DNA of 64,000 nt from Candidatus Latescibacterota bacterium. Lineage in GTDB: Bacteria; Latescibacterota; UBA2968; UBA8231. Each line of letters starts with the position of its first letter. Position 1 is the first letter of the stretch. Where the stretch lies: contig OZ241867.1 in assembly GCA_965203175.1 (NCBI GenBank), forward strand, positions 3,872,001-3,936,000. Direction: 5' to 3'. A program made the position numbers and the translations under genes. Under the pieces are notes generated by a model, which saw only the letters and a list, made by a program, of their open reading frames with translations, ran no database searches and was not told where the DNA came from. Below, in pieces: positions 16,445-26,711 of this stretch.

Positions 16445-18394
16445 ATGGCAAGTGAGGTGAAAAACTCGGGCGGCGGCATCACCTTCAAAGCTCTGTTAAT
16501 CGGCGGCGGAGCCTCGATTTTCATCGGCGCTGCCGTACCCTACTCCAATATGGTCATCAAGGGTACGGTACTAGCACACAACTTCAGCACCCCAGTTGCT
16601 CTCTTTATCTTCTTCGTTCTCGTCCTTTGCCTCAATCCGCTGTTGCGCCTGTTCCATCGGGGCCTGTCCCTGTCCAGAGGGGAATTGGCTGTGGTCTACA
16701 TCATGGCGATGGTGGCCACTTCCATTCCCACGATTGGCTTCACCGAGTACGTCCTGCCCATCACTACGGGGCTCTACTACTTTGCCACCCCCGAGAACAA
16801 TTGGGCATCCTTGATCCACCCCCATGTGCCCGAGTGGATGGTCCCCCAAGATCCAGACGCTATTCGCTATTTCTACGAAGGGCTACCCGAGGGTCGGCCA
16901 CTGCCTTGGGGGGCTTGGCTCGAGCCCTTGGCTTATTGGTGCCTGTTCATCCTCACCCTCTACTGGGTATCCATCTGCGCCATGGTTATCGTGCGCCGAC
17001 AGTGGATGGAAAGCGAAAAACTGCTTTATCCCTTGGCTCAGGTTCCCCTAGAGATGATTCAGGACGATGGGCGACGAACGCTTCTGGCCCCCTTTTTTTT
17101 TAATACGGCTATGTGGCTGGGTTTTGCCATCCCCTTCCTCATCGGCCTTATAAATGCCCTGAATAGCTACTACGAATTCGTGCCTCGCATTACCACCTCG
17201 ACCGGCTTCCACCTCTTTCGCGGCACTACGTACCTTCGCCTAGATATGAACCTAGCGCTAATCGGCTTTGCCTACCTGTTGAACCGGGATGTTGCTCTAG
17301 GATTCTGGTTTTTCTTTTTGCTATCCTCGCTGCAGCGGGGTGTCTTCAATGTGCTGGGCATCTACAGCGCGGAAAATTTGAGCCGTTTCGCCAACTTAGT
17401 TGGGCCGTACATGGCCCACCAAGCCATGGGGGCCATGATCGTGTTAGTGCTCTCTGGGCTGTGGATGGGACGGGGGCATTTGCGCGATGTCTTCATCAAG
17501 GCGTTGCGAGGGGATGCCCGCATTGACGATTCTGGAGAGGTGCTGTCCTATCGCAACGCCGTGTTGGGCTTGGTGGTCGGCCTAGCGGTGATGATCGGCT
17601 GGTTGTGGAAATCGGGCATCCCACTGTGGATTGTCTTGGTGTTTCTCTTCGGGGCTGCCGTTGTCCTCATAGCGCTTACCCGGGCCGTGGTCGAAGGAGG
17701 AGTTTCCGTACTGCGCACGCCCATCACTCCCGCTGATTTCACCATCTCCGGACTAGGTACGACCGCCTTGGGGGCCTCCGGCCTGATCGGTGTGGCCTTC
17801 ACCTACGTATGGAGTGCCAATGTGCGCATTTTCTTTATGGCTTGCTTTGCCAATGCCCTCAAACTGGCCGAAGAAATAAAAGGCAGCAAAAGGGGGCTGC
17901 TCTGGGCTGTATTGCTAGCCATTGTGCTCACCTTGTCTAGTTCCATCTATCTGGTTATGGAAATGGCGTACGCCCACGGCGGCATCAACCTGCACAATTT
18001 CTTCTTCATCTTCGTTCCGCAGATGGCTTTCACCTATGTGGCCCCTAAGTTCGACAGCCCCGTACCCGCCAGCCTATCGGGCTGGGCCTTCACTGGCCTG
18101 GGAGCCTTCTTGATGAGCCTATTCACCTATATTCGCTACCGCTTTGTGTGGTGGCCGATCCATCCCTTGGGCTTCGCCACCGGCACGTTCTACATTATGA
18201 ACTGGGTGTGGTTTAGTATCTTTTTGGCTTGGCTGTTCAAAACGATTGTGCTCAAGTACGGGGGAGCAGCCGCCTACAGCCGGACTCGGCCCTTTTTTCT
18301 AGGGTTAATCCTAGGCCAAGTAGTGGTGGCGGGCATGTGGCTGGTAATCGACTACTTCACCGGTATGACGGGGAATGTCTTGGGCTACTTGTGA
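16445..18394 (+). CDS. Polytopic membrane protein, DUF6785/DUF6784-like putative transporter (copy 1)
   Basis: ELAVVYIM, RRQWMESEKLLYPL, WWPIHPLG, PFFLGLILG; many TM helices. Confidence 0.7.
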   Translation: MASEVKNSGGGITFKALLIGGGASIFIGAAVPYSNMVIKGTVLAHNFSTPVALFIFFVLVLCLNPLLRLFHRGLSLSRGELAVVYIMAMVATSIPTIGFTEYVLPITTGLYYFATPENNWASLIHPHVPEWMVPQDPDAIRYFYEGLPEGRPLPWGAWLEPLAYWCLFILTLYWVSICAMVIVRRQWMESEKLLYPLAQVPLEMIQDDGRRTLLAPFFFNTAMWLGFAIPFLIGLINALNSYYEFVPRITTSTGFHLFRGTTYLRLDMNLALIGFAYLLNRDVALGFWFFFLLSSLQRGVFNVLGIYSAENLSRFANLVGPYMAHQAMGAMIVLVLSGLWMGRGHLRDVFIKALRGDARIDDSGEVLSYRNAVLGLVVGLAVMIGWLWKSGIPLWIVLVFLFGAAVVLIALTRAVVEGGVSVLRTPITPADFTISGLGTTALGASGLIGVAFTYVWSANVRIFFMACFANALKLAEEIKGSKRGLLWAVLLAIVLTLSSSIYLVMEMAYAHGGINLHNFFFIFVPQMAFTYVAPKFDSPVPASLSGWAFTGLGAFLMSLFTYIRYRFVWWPIHPLGFATGTFYIMNWVWFSIFLAWLFKTIVLKYGGAAAYSRTRPFFLGLILGQVVVAGMWLVIDYFTGMTGNVLGYL

Positions 18395-18425
18395 GTTCAA
18401 GACGGACCGCTAAATCCCAAAAGAC

Positions 18426-20459
18426 ATGCGAGAAGATACCCGAGCAGGACAGCCTGTCCTTCCAGATGGCGATGGGATGGATGAGCCGGGCGTGACTTTT
18501 CGGGCCCTGCTAATCGGCTCGCTCATGGCCCTCTTCATCGGCATAGTCCTGCCCTACACCAATATGATCATCAAGGGTTCGCTCCTAGCCCACAATCTCA
18601 ATACACCGGCTGCCCTTTTCGTCTTTTTTATTTTTGTTGGCATTGTCAATGTGGTTCTGGGCTTCATTAGGCGGCGGCATGCTCTTGCGCCTCCCGAGTT
18701 GGCTGTGGTCTATATCATGGCGATGCTGGCCACGGCGATACCCACTATCGGTTTTTCCGAGTACTTGCTGCCCATTGTCGCCGGAATCTACTACTATGCT
18801 TCGCCTGAAAATAAGTGGGAAGAGATCATCCACCCCTATGTGCCCAAGTGGATAGCCCCCCAAGACCCCGAGGCCATCAGGTATTTCTACGAAGGTTTGC
18901 CCGAGGGCCTTTCCGTGCCTTGGAACGTTTGGATCGAGCCCATTCTGTACTGGTGTCTGTTCATCATCGCCAGCTACTGGGTATCTATATGCCTGATGGT
19001 CATTGTGCGGCGGCAGTGGATTGAAAACGAAAAACTGCTCTATCCGCTGGTCCAGGTCCCGCTCGAGATGATGCGGGATGAAGAGCGCGGGGGCAGCAAT
19101 AGCGAGAAGCGTTCTTGGGTCAAGCCTTTCTTCAAAAATCCGGTCATGTGGATAGGCTTTTCCATCCCCTTTCTGTTGGGTTCTTACAGCGCTCTGTACA
19201 ACTATTTTCCCTTCATCCCGGGCATGAGTCAGTTCAGCGACCAGGGTATCCTGACGGGCCAGTTTACCTTCTTTAGGAATACGACCGTGCTCATCGTCAT
19301 GTTCAATCTGGGCTTGGTCGGATTTGCCTATCTGCTCAGTCGAGATGTGGCCTTGGGGCTTTGGTTGTTTTTTCTGGTATCCAACATTGAGCGGGGCGTC
19401 TTCAACATTCTGGGCATCCAGAGTGCCGAAAAGCTGAGCCGCTTTGCCAATTCCAGTGGTCCCTACTTAGCGCACCAAGCTATGGGTGCCATGATCGTGC
19501 TGGTACTGTCCGGCCTGTGGATGGGTAGAAGCCACCTCAAGGGTGTGTTCAGCAAGGCTTTCAAAGGAGATGAGGCAGTAGACGATAGGGACGAAATTCT
19601 GTCTTACCGAACCGCGGTTTGGGGTCTGCTCGTCGGCCTACTGATCATCAGCGCTTGGCTGTGGAAGTCGGGCCTTCCCCCGTGGGTCGTCCCGGTTTTT
19701 CTCTTTGCTGTCTTCGTCGTCTTCATGGCCTTGACCCGGGCCGTGGTGGAGGGGGGGGTGGCAGTCATCCGCACGCCGCTGACACCGGCGGATTTCGTCG
19801 TGTCGGGCTTGGGTACTAGCGTGCTGGGTGCCTCGGGCATCGTGGCTTTGGGTTTTACCTATGTGTGGGCGGCCAATATCCGCATCTTCTTTATGCCCTG
19901 TTTTGCCAACGCCTTGAAAATCGCCGAACTACTCAAAGGGGATAGGAGGACGCTGATCTGGGGGGTGGCCTTGGCTGTGGTGATCGCCTTGGCCAGTTCT
20001 ATATGGAGCGTCATGACTCTGTCCTACACCTATGGGGGCGTCAATCTCCACGGTTTCTGGTTCATTGGTGTACCCCGCAATGCGGCCAACTACATGGCCG
20101 TCATCCTGTCCAATCCCACCTCCGCTCATATAGGAGGCTGGTTGTTTACCGGCTTAGGGGCGTTGGCGATGGGTCTGCTGGCCTATATCAGGGCGCGTTT
20201 TGTGTGGTGGCCCGTGCATCCGCTGGGTTTTGCCACCAGTACTTTCTTCATTATGAACTATGTCTGGTTCAGTGTATTCGTAGCGTGGGCCATCAAGTCG
20301 GTGGTGCTCAAATACGGAGGACCGGCGCTGTACAACAGCACCAGACCGTTTTTCCTAGGTCTGATTATGGGACAGATCTTTGTCTCGGGGATGTGGCTGA
20401 TCATCGACTATTTCACCGGCATGGTCGGCAATCAGCCCATCGGCGGCTCGTTCGTCTGA
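18426..20459 (+). CDS. Polytopic membrane protein, DUF6785/DUF6784-like putative transporter (copy 2)
   Basis: Colinear paralog of the preceding gene with the same motifs. Start could be ATG 18477. Confidence 0.7.
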   Translation: MREDTRAGQPVLPDGDGMDEPGVTFRALLIGSLMALFIGIVLPYTNMIIKGSLLAHNLNTPAALFVFFIFVGIVNVVLGFIRRRHALAPPELAVVYIMAMLATAIPTIGFSEYLLPIVAGIYYYASPENKWEEIIHPYVPKWIAPQDPEAIRYFYEGLPEGLSVPWNVWIEPILYWCLFIIASYWVSICLMVIVRRQWIENEKLLYPLVQVPLEMMRDEERGGSNSEKRSWVKPFFKNPVMWIGFSIPFLLGSYSALYNYFPFIPGMSQFSDQGILTGQFTFFRNTTVLIVMFNLGLVGFAYLLSRDVALGLWLFFLVSNIERGVFNILGIQSAEKLSRFANSSGPYLAHQAMGAMIVLVLSGLWMGRSHLKGVFSKAFKGDEAVDDRDEILSYRTAVWGLLVGLLIISAWLWKSGLPPWVVPVFLFAVFVVFMALTRAVVEGGVAVIRTPLTPADFVVSGLGTSVLGASGIVALGFTYVWAANIRIFFMPCFANALKIAELLKGDRRTLIWGVALAVVIALASSIWSVMTLSYTYGGVNLHGFWFIGVPRNAANYMAVILSNPTSAHIGGWLFTGLGALAMGLLAYIRARFVWWPVHPLGFATSTFFIMNYVWFSVFVAWAIKSVVLKYGGPALYNSTRPFFLGLIMGQIFVSGMWLIIDYFTGMVGNQPIGGSFV

Positions 20460-20485
20460 AAATCGAATAACGTTGGGAAGCCTTT

Positions 20486-21316
20486 ATGAATGAACACGAG
20501 AAATACTTTTTCGATGTGAATGGCTATCTAGTCGTGCAGAAAATACTGAGTCCAGAATTGGTTGTCGCCTTGAACGAAGCGATCAATCACAACCAAGATA
20601 GGGTGCGACTGCGCGAGGGCGAGCAGTCGCTGTCAGCAAATTCTCCAATGCTGAGAGGGGACCACGGCCGCGGGGACATCATGGGAATTCTCAATTGGCC
20701 AAAACCTTGGTGCCAGCCGTTTCGCGATCTGCTTTCGCATCCTCCGGCGCTGCGCTACATGTTCGACCTGATCGGCGACGAGTTCCGCTTTGGCAATGCC
20801 AATGGCATCAGCATGACCGAGGGCGCAGAAGGCTGCGTGCTACACGGGGGCGGCACCCTCGTACACAAGCACACCTATCGCTACGTCAACGGTCGTATGT
20901 GGAACAATCTCGTCGGCGTTTGCTATCAACTCGCCGATGTCAATCCCGGCGACGGCGGTTTTGTCTGCATCCCCGGTAGCCACAAGGCGAACTTCGATAC
21001 TCCAGAGGATGTCCTGACCATGGAGTGCGATCTCGGCTGCTATCACCAAGTTGCCATGAAAGCCGGAGACGCCCTCATCTTTACCGAGGGGCTCTCCCAT
21101 GGTACTTTGCCTTGGAAAGGCAAGCACGAGCGCCGTACTCTCCTCTATCGCTACGCTGCTGGATCCTTCGTCAACGCCAAGGGAATGAACCGCCTCGAAG
21201 AGTACTGTCCGTTCTACGACGAACTCACACCGCTGCAGCAGGCGATCATGGAGCCCCCTTACAATCCGGGTCGGCCCAACATCGCCGCCTTGCTCGCCGA
21301 ACAGGAGGCAGTCTGA
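20486..21316 (+). CDS. PhyH-family Fe(II)/2-oxoglutarate oxygenase, HxG variant
   Basis: YFFDVNGYLVV, DGGFVCIPGSHK, AGDALIFTEGLSHG, RRTLLYRY; LHGGG where HxD is expected. Confidence 0.85.
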   Translation: MNEHEKYFFDVNGYLVVQKILSPELVVALNEAINHNQDRVRLREGEQSLSANSPMLRGDHGRGDIMGILNWPKPWCQPFRDLLSHPPALRYMFDLIGDEFRFGNANGISMTEGAEGCVLHGGGTLVHKHTYRYVNGRMWNNLVGVCYQLADVNPGDGGFVCIPGSHKANFDTPEDVLTMECDLGCYHQVAMKAGDALIFTEGLSHGTLPWKGKHERRTLLYRYAAGSFVNAKGMNRLEEYCPFYDELTPLQQAIMEPPYNPGRPNIAALLAEQEAV

Positions 21317-21330
21317 TTCAGAGCTTATCC

Positions 21331-22755
21331 ATGCCGAACAAACGCCCCAACATACTGTTCGTCCTCACCGATCAGCAGCGGCCGGAATGGGTCGAGATGA
21401 ACCCGGATATTCCGGTGCGCACCCCGCATCTGCGGCAACTCGCCGATCGCGGAATCTGGCTCGCCAACGCCATCTGTCCGTCGCCTGTTTGCGCTCCTTC
21501 GCGCTCCTGCTTGGTGGCTGGGCAGGAGTACGATCGCACCCGAGTGTGGGGCAACGACACCTATGCTCCTGACGATCTGCCTAAGTATCATCTGCGCCTG
21601 CGCGACGAAGCCGGATACCACGTCATGGCGGCTGGCAAACACCACGTGGGCAGCAATCAATCTGGCAGCCCCCCACAGTTTCACCGGGGAGTTGACGGCC
21701 GACATGGACTGGAAGAATGGGGGTTTTCCGACGCGATCTTCAACGCCGGCCTGAACCAGGCGACTATCCTGATGCGCCGCAACGACATGGTTCCACAGGA
21801 TTCGTACATGGCGTTCCTGCACGAGCGCGGCTTGGCACAGGAGCACATTGCCGACTACGCGCGTCGCAACCAAGAGGGGGTGTGGACGGCTACTTTTCCG
21901 ACGACGTTGCCCGACGACGCCTATTTCGACACTTGGATTACCACCAACGCCCTCACCTTGCTCGCTCGAGCACCCAACGACAAGCCGTGGTACTTAGAGG
22001 TGAATTTGCAAAACCCCCATCACCCTTGGGACATCACCGAATCGATGCACCGTTGGTATCGCGAACCGCCGGTCGATTTTCCTTCGCCTCTATTCAACAC
22101 TGAGGATATTCCCCCTGAGACACATCAGGAAGTGCGTCGCAACTGGGCCGCCACCGTCGAACACCTCGATCAGTGTCTCGGACGCTTGGTAGAGCTCGTT
22201 TGTGAGAGGGGCGATTTGGACAACACGGTCGTCGTCTTTACCAGCGACCACGGCGAGATGCTCGGGGATTACGATCAGTGGCAAAAGCTGTCCCCTCTAC
22301 AGGCATCGGTCGGGGTTCCGTTGGTAATAGCAGGTCCAGGAGTGGCTGCTGTCGGTTTCGACGACGCTCCGATGACGACCCTCGACCTGACTGCTAGCTT
22401 CCTCGAGTGGGCTGGATTGACACTTGGTGAAGATCTCGACAGTCGCTCCCTTGTCGGTTATCTCGGAGGAGGAGGGTACAGGCACCGCGATTTGGTGTTT
22501 TCTGGCCTGAGTGCTTGGCGCTTGGTCTTCGACGGCCGTTTCAAGTTGGTTCGCGGCTACGACCCGAGGAAGCGCATCGGGGGGGATGTCTTCGAGCCGA
22601 TGCACATTCCACCTGACGAGACGAAGCGCCTTCAGCGCGATCGGCCCCAAATACTGTACGATCTCGCGCGCAATGAAAGAGACGACGCGTCCTCTGCGTT
22701 TCCCGAGGTTTTGCACCGGCTTAGCGCCGCTCTCGATGAACACCTGGCTTTATAG
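21331..22755 (+). CDS. Sulfatase family hydrolase (Cys-type, cytoplasmic)
   Basis: RPNILFVLTDQQR, CAPSR (CxPxR), AGKHH, NPHHPW, FTSDHGEMLG. Confidence 0.9.
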   Translation: MPNKRPNILFVLTDQQRPEWVEMNPDIPVRTPHLRQLADRGIWLANAICPSPVCAPSRSCLVAGQEYDRTRVWGNDTYAPDDLPKYHLRLRDEAGYHVMAAGKHHVGSNQSGSPPQFHRGVDGRHGLEEWGFSDAIFNAGLNQATILMRRNDMVPQDSYMAFLHERGLAQEHIADYARRNQEGVWTATFPTTLPDDAYFDTWITTNALTLLARAPNDKPWYLEVNLQNPHHPWDITESMHRWYREPPVDFPSPLFNTEDIPPETHQEVRRNWAATVEHLDQCLGRLVELVCERGDLDNTVVVFTSDHGEMLGDYDQWQKLSPLQASVGVPLVIAGPGVAAVGFDDAPMTTLDLTASFLEWAGLTLGEDLDSRSLVGYLGGGGYRHRDLVFSGLSAWRLVFDGRFKLVRGYDPRKRIGGDVFEPMHIPPDETKRLQRDRPQILYDLARNERDDASSAFPEVLHRLSAALDEHLAL

Positions 22756-22770
22756 TATGAAGTCCATCCC

Positions 22771-24984
22771 ATGTTGGTGAAAAGCGGTTTTCCTCATCGG
22801 CCTTACATCCATCACTTCCCGAGCGTTGAGCTTGAGGAACGCCGTCGGCTGCACGGCAGTGGTCGCATAACGCGGTCTGCCGCGATGCAGGCGGGAGATA
22901 ATATCGATATAACTCTGCGATTTGAACTCGGCGAGACCGCAATTCCTGCCGGCGGGCACTTGCGGATCGCTTGGCTGTGGCCGTTCGACTGGGCTATGCT
23001 GCAGACGAGCGATCCTGGCGCTCCGGGGTACGTCCACGCATTCTGCCCGAAGCGCGAAGTCAACTTGCGGGTAACCTTTGCCTTCCGAGGCGACCTGATC
23101 CCGTGGAATCACCATATTGATGTCGAAGTTCTCTCCGGTGTGCTGGCCCAGGGAGATGTAGTTGAACTGACCTGCCGGGAGTGGCGTTCTCCCACCTTTG
23201 TCGTACCCGACGCTGAGTTGCTCTTTCTGATTAATCCGGACGGCGGCGACCGTTGGGTCCAACTACCGCCTGTGCGAGGATTCCCCATTGTAGCTGGCGC
23301 TCCGGCGCAGCTGTTCGCCCTCGCTCCGGCGGATGGGCTCGTCGACGAAGATATCGTACTGACGCTGCGCGTTGAGGATGAGTGGGGGAATCCCTTACTC
23401 ATCGAGGACTCCGTTCCAGAGGTAGTCCCTGCTGACGGAGTCAAAGTGGCCTCCGTCGCAAGCGCTGGCGACATGCCTGCTTACCAAGCGCGGGTGCGCA
23501 TCACCAGCTTGGGGATTCATCGCATTGAGGTTGCTGTTCCTCGCTTCCAACTGCGGGCAGAGAGCAATCCGGTGCGTATCGCCGCTAAGCCCCCTCCATT
23601 GCACATCTTCTGGGGCGACCTGCATGCTGGCCAGGGCCGAGTCGGCTGCGGCGTCAGCTCGGTGCGCCACCATTTTGACTACGCCCGTCACGTAGCTGGT
23701 TTGCAGGTCTGCTCACACCAAGCAAATGACCACCATGTCAGCTTGGACCTGTGGGAGCAAACGCGCCGCGAATCGGTTGCCGCCAATGAAGAGGGGAGTT
23801 TCATAGCCTTTCTCGGGTGCGAATGGAGTGCCTACACACCGGAGGGCGGCGACCGCAACGTCATTTACCGACGCGATGAGCCGCGCTTGCGGCGTTCTGG
23901 TCGCTTCTTCACCGAAGATGTGCCTGATCCAGAGCCTGACCTCAAAACAGCGACCGAGTTTTTGGACGTCATGCGGGATGAAGAGGTATTCATCAACATG
24001 CACGCTGGCGGCAGGCCGACCAACCTCGATTTTCACGAGCCGGGAATCGAAACTCTCGCCGAGGTACACTCCACCCACGGTACTTCGGACTGGTTCGTGT
24101 TCGACGCCTTGCGTCGCGGTTATCGCGTTGGGATAACCGCCGGAACCGACGGCGTTGCCGGTCGGCCCGGATGCGACCATCCCGGTAGCCGGCTTATCCG
24201 CAACGCGCGCAGCGGTGTCACTGCTTTTCTTGCCCCCGAACTCACTCAGGATGGGCTATGGGAAGCAATAGCAGCGCGGCGGTGTTACGCCACTGACGGA
24301 CCTCGCATACTACTTGACGTTCGAGCCGACGGCCATCCCATGGGAAGCGAATACGCAACGACCGAATCTCCTATTGTGTCAATCGAGGCAGAGGGGACGA
24401 CAGCGATTGAGCAGGTCGACCTGCTGTGCGGTCCCGACTTGCTGTGGACATGGCAACCGACGATGGCATCTGCCGAAGGTGCCTTGCGCATCCTGTGGGG
24501 AGGAACCGAACGACATGGCAGTGCTCCCGATCAGCGCGTCTTATGGAAGGGCCGGTTTGTCGTTGAAAACGGACGCATCACCAATGTCGAGCCCGTCGCT
24601 TTGGTCACTCCCTGCGACCGTCTTGAACTGGCTGATGACCAAACGGTCTGTTTCGACACGGTCACTGCCGGCAACCGCATGGGAATGTGCATAGAAATCG
24701 AAGCAGACGCGCTGACATTATGCCGCTTTGAATCCGGTCCTGCGACCTTCGAATTTGGCTTGACCCAAGTGCGGGAGCAATCGATGCGAGTGGATGCGGG
24801 CGGTACCAGTCGGCACGTCATCGTCGGACAGGCCCCGAACCCGAACCTGCCACGGCGAGTGGAACTCTCGTTCCGAGACACGCGGATGGTAAAGGGTCTA
24901 TGTCCCTACTGGGTGCAACTGACGCAGTGTGATCAGCACCGCGCTTGGAGCAGCCCAATTTACGTCCAGCGCCAGCTCGGCTGA
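22771..24984 (+). CDS. DUF3604-like protein (PHP-type metal-binding hydrolase domain)
   Basis: FWGDLH, GCEWS, GGDRNV, EVHSTHG, ARRCYAT, AWSSPI. Confidence 0.7.
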   Translation: MLVKSGFPHRPYIHHFPSVELEERRRLHGSGRITRSAAMQAGDNIDITLRFELGETAIPAGGHLRIAWLWPFDWAMLQTSDPGAPGYVHAFCPKREVNLRVTFAFRGDLIPWNHHIDVEVLSGVLAQGDVVELTCREWRSPTFVVPDAELLFLINPDGGDRWVQLPPVRGFPIVAGAPAQLFALAPADGLVDEDIVLTLRVEDEWGNPLLIEDSVPEVVPADGVKVASVASAGDMPAYQARVRITSLGIHRIEVAVPRFQLRAESNPVRIAAKPPPLHIFWGDLHAGQGRVGCGVSSVRHHFDYARHVAGLQVCSHQANDHHVSLDLWEQTRRESVAANEEGSFIAFLGCEWSAYTPEGGDRNVIYRRDEPRLRRSGRFFTEDVPDPEPDLKTATEFLDVMRDEEVFINMHAGGRPTNLDFHEPGIETLAEVHSTHGTSDWFVFDALRRGYRVGITAGTDGVAGRPGCDHPGSRLIRNARSGVTAFLAPELTQDGLWEAIAARRCYATDGPRILLDVRADGHPMGSEYATTESPIVSIEAEGTTAIEQVDLLCGPDLLWTWQPTMASAEGALRILWGGTERHGSAPDQRVLWKGRFVVENGRITNVEPVALVTPCDRLELADDQTVCFDTVTAGNRMGMCIEIEADALTLCRFESGPATFEFGLTQVREQSMRVDAGGTSRHVIVGQAPNPNLPRRVELSFRDTRMVKGLCPYWVQLTQCDQHRAWSSPIYVQRQLG

Positions 24985-24998
24985 CATCGGGACATCTA

Positions 24999-25021
24999 GT
25001 ATCAACGAGGTATCAACGAGG
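24999..25021. repeat. 11-bp tandem direct repeat
   Basis: GTATCAACGAG-GTATCAACGAG-G in an intergenic spacer. Confidence 0.8.
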
Positions 25022-25129
25022 ATTCTGTCCTGCTTTTTGTCGCCGAACAGCTATCATTGTGCGTCGGTCGCGTTCGTTGCATATTCGTGCGGGACATCAA
25101 GATAGCACCTTTTGCCATGGAGACCCCGG

Positions 25130-26707
25130 ATGAAGAACTCTTCGATCTACATTCCCGCCTGCGACTGGGATTCGACCGCATCATTCCCGCAGTCTTGGGG
25201 ATCTCCGCCTCTTGGCTGGCAGTATGCCAAGCGCCTAGTGCTGATAAACGACACGGCACGCGAACGCCGGGGCGAACCGGTCGAAGCGGATGTGGACATT
25301 CACGCTGGCCACATTACCGACCTTGGCCGCGAGATTCGCGTCGCTCGTCTCCATAGTGAAACCGGTCCTATAGAAGTTGTGCCGAGCCAAGCGCACCTCA
25401 TCAACCGCGAGGACGAGTTGCTGCGCTGCCGGTTGTTTTTCCTCGCCGATGTGGTCGCTGAAGGTTCGGCGACTTACCTCCTGCTGTATGGCAACCCGGA
25501 GGCATCCGAGCCTCACTACGACACTGACCTCAAGGTTTCGGGCGAGGGGTATGCCCTTGAGGTGGAAAACGAGCATTACCGCGCGGTCCTCGGGAAGATG
25601 AACGGCAACTGGCAAGACCACTACTCGAAAAGGGGGCCGGCAGAACTCGTACACCGGCAGGGTCACGGGGTCGAAGGTACCATTCACTGGGGCCCCGACT
25701 GGAGCGATGAGCGCGTCGGCCGCTACCGGCTCACCAACTGGGACGGCCCGCCTCTGTTCGACTACGATGTGATCAAGGGACCGGTCTGCGTACGCATCCG
25801 CCGCTGGGGCCACCCTATCCTGTCAATCGGTCCCCAGGTTGGCCAGCCTCACAAGGTCATGGCCACCGTGACCTACAGCTTCTGGGCCGGTCAGCCCTAC
25901 GTCATCATGGAATCGAAGCTCGAAGTTCTCGAGGATGTGCGTTTCCGCGATTGCCGCAACGACGAGTTTGTCATCGGTGAACAGTTACCCGAACGAGCTT
26001 GGATGGGACCGGATGGAGAGATTGGTTTGGGGGCCCGGGGCTGGCAGCGTGAGGACCCCCGCTGGGTGACTCATTTCAATCGCGAAACCGGCGAAGGATT
26101 CGGCAGCATTCACCTTGAATTCGAAAACACCAATCCGAACTGGCCGCAGCCGGCCCACGCCGGATTCTCGCACACCGGCACCTGGGTCCGCTATCCGGTG
26201 CAGCTCGCGGCGATGCGCGTTGGCGAGCACGTATACGAAAAAAACGCCTACGTTTTGCATCGATATGAAGAGGGGGGAGAGCACGGCGGGCTTGCCGACC
26301 TCGTTGACCACCAGGAGCGCCTTACCAGCCCGATCACCCAAGGGGAAGCCGCTCCGGCTCCTAGGCCGATCAACCTCGACAATGTCATGGACGCGCTGCG
26401 GGCCACGAACGAATTCGAGCTCTACGTCGAGGGATCGCCTTGGGGTCAGCGCCAGCTCAGCTTCGTCGATATCGGAATCCTGCAGGAGGTCGTCATCGAG
26501 GGAAGCGACATCCGCGTCGATATCGTCATGCCGTACGCAGGTCGCGAAACTTGGTTCGACTGGTTTTCCGATGGCATTGAGGAGCAACTCCGTGCCCGCC
26601 TGCGGGACGTCGGCGAGGTCGAAGTGCGCCTCGTTCGCGAGCCGAAATGGACTCCACAGAGGCTGAGCGACCGCGCCCGCCGCGTCATCGGTCCTGGGGA
26701 AGAGTAG
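25130..26707 (+). CDS. Hypothetical protein: beta-rich N-terminal region plus degenerate DUF59 (SufT/PaaD-like) C-terminal domain
   Basis: C-terminus VMDALR..SFVDIGIL..IRVDIVM..VEVRLVREPKWTPQRLSDRARRVIG resembles DUF59. GGAGA precedes ATG 25130. Confidence 0.6.
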   Translation: MKNSSIYIPACDWDSTASFPQSWGSPPLGWQYAKRLVLINDTARERRGEPVEADVDIHAGHITDLGREIRVARLHSETGPIEVVPSQAHLINREDELLRCRLFFLADVVAEGSATYLLLYGNPEASEPHYDTDLKVSGEGYALEVENEHYRAVLGKMNGNWQDHYSKRGPAELVHRQGHGVEGTIHWGPDWSDERVGRYRLTNWDGPPLFDYDVIKGPVCVRIRRWGHPILSIGPQVGQPHKVMATVTYSFWAGQPYVIMESKLEVLEDVRFRDCRNDEFVIGEQLPERAWMGPDGEIGLGARGWQREDPRWVTHFNRETGEGFGSIHLEFENTNPNWPQPAHAGFSHTGTWVRYPVQLAAMRVGEHVYEKNAYVLHRYEEGGEHGGLADLVDHQERLTSPITQGEAAPAPRPINLDNVMDALRATNEFELYVEGSPWGQRQLSFVDIGILQEVVIEGSDIRVDIVMPYAGRETWFDWFSDGIEEQLRARLRDVGEVEVRLVREPKWTPQRLSDRARRVIGPGEE

Positions 26708-26711
26708 CCTC

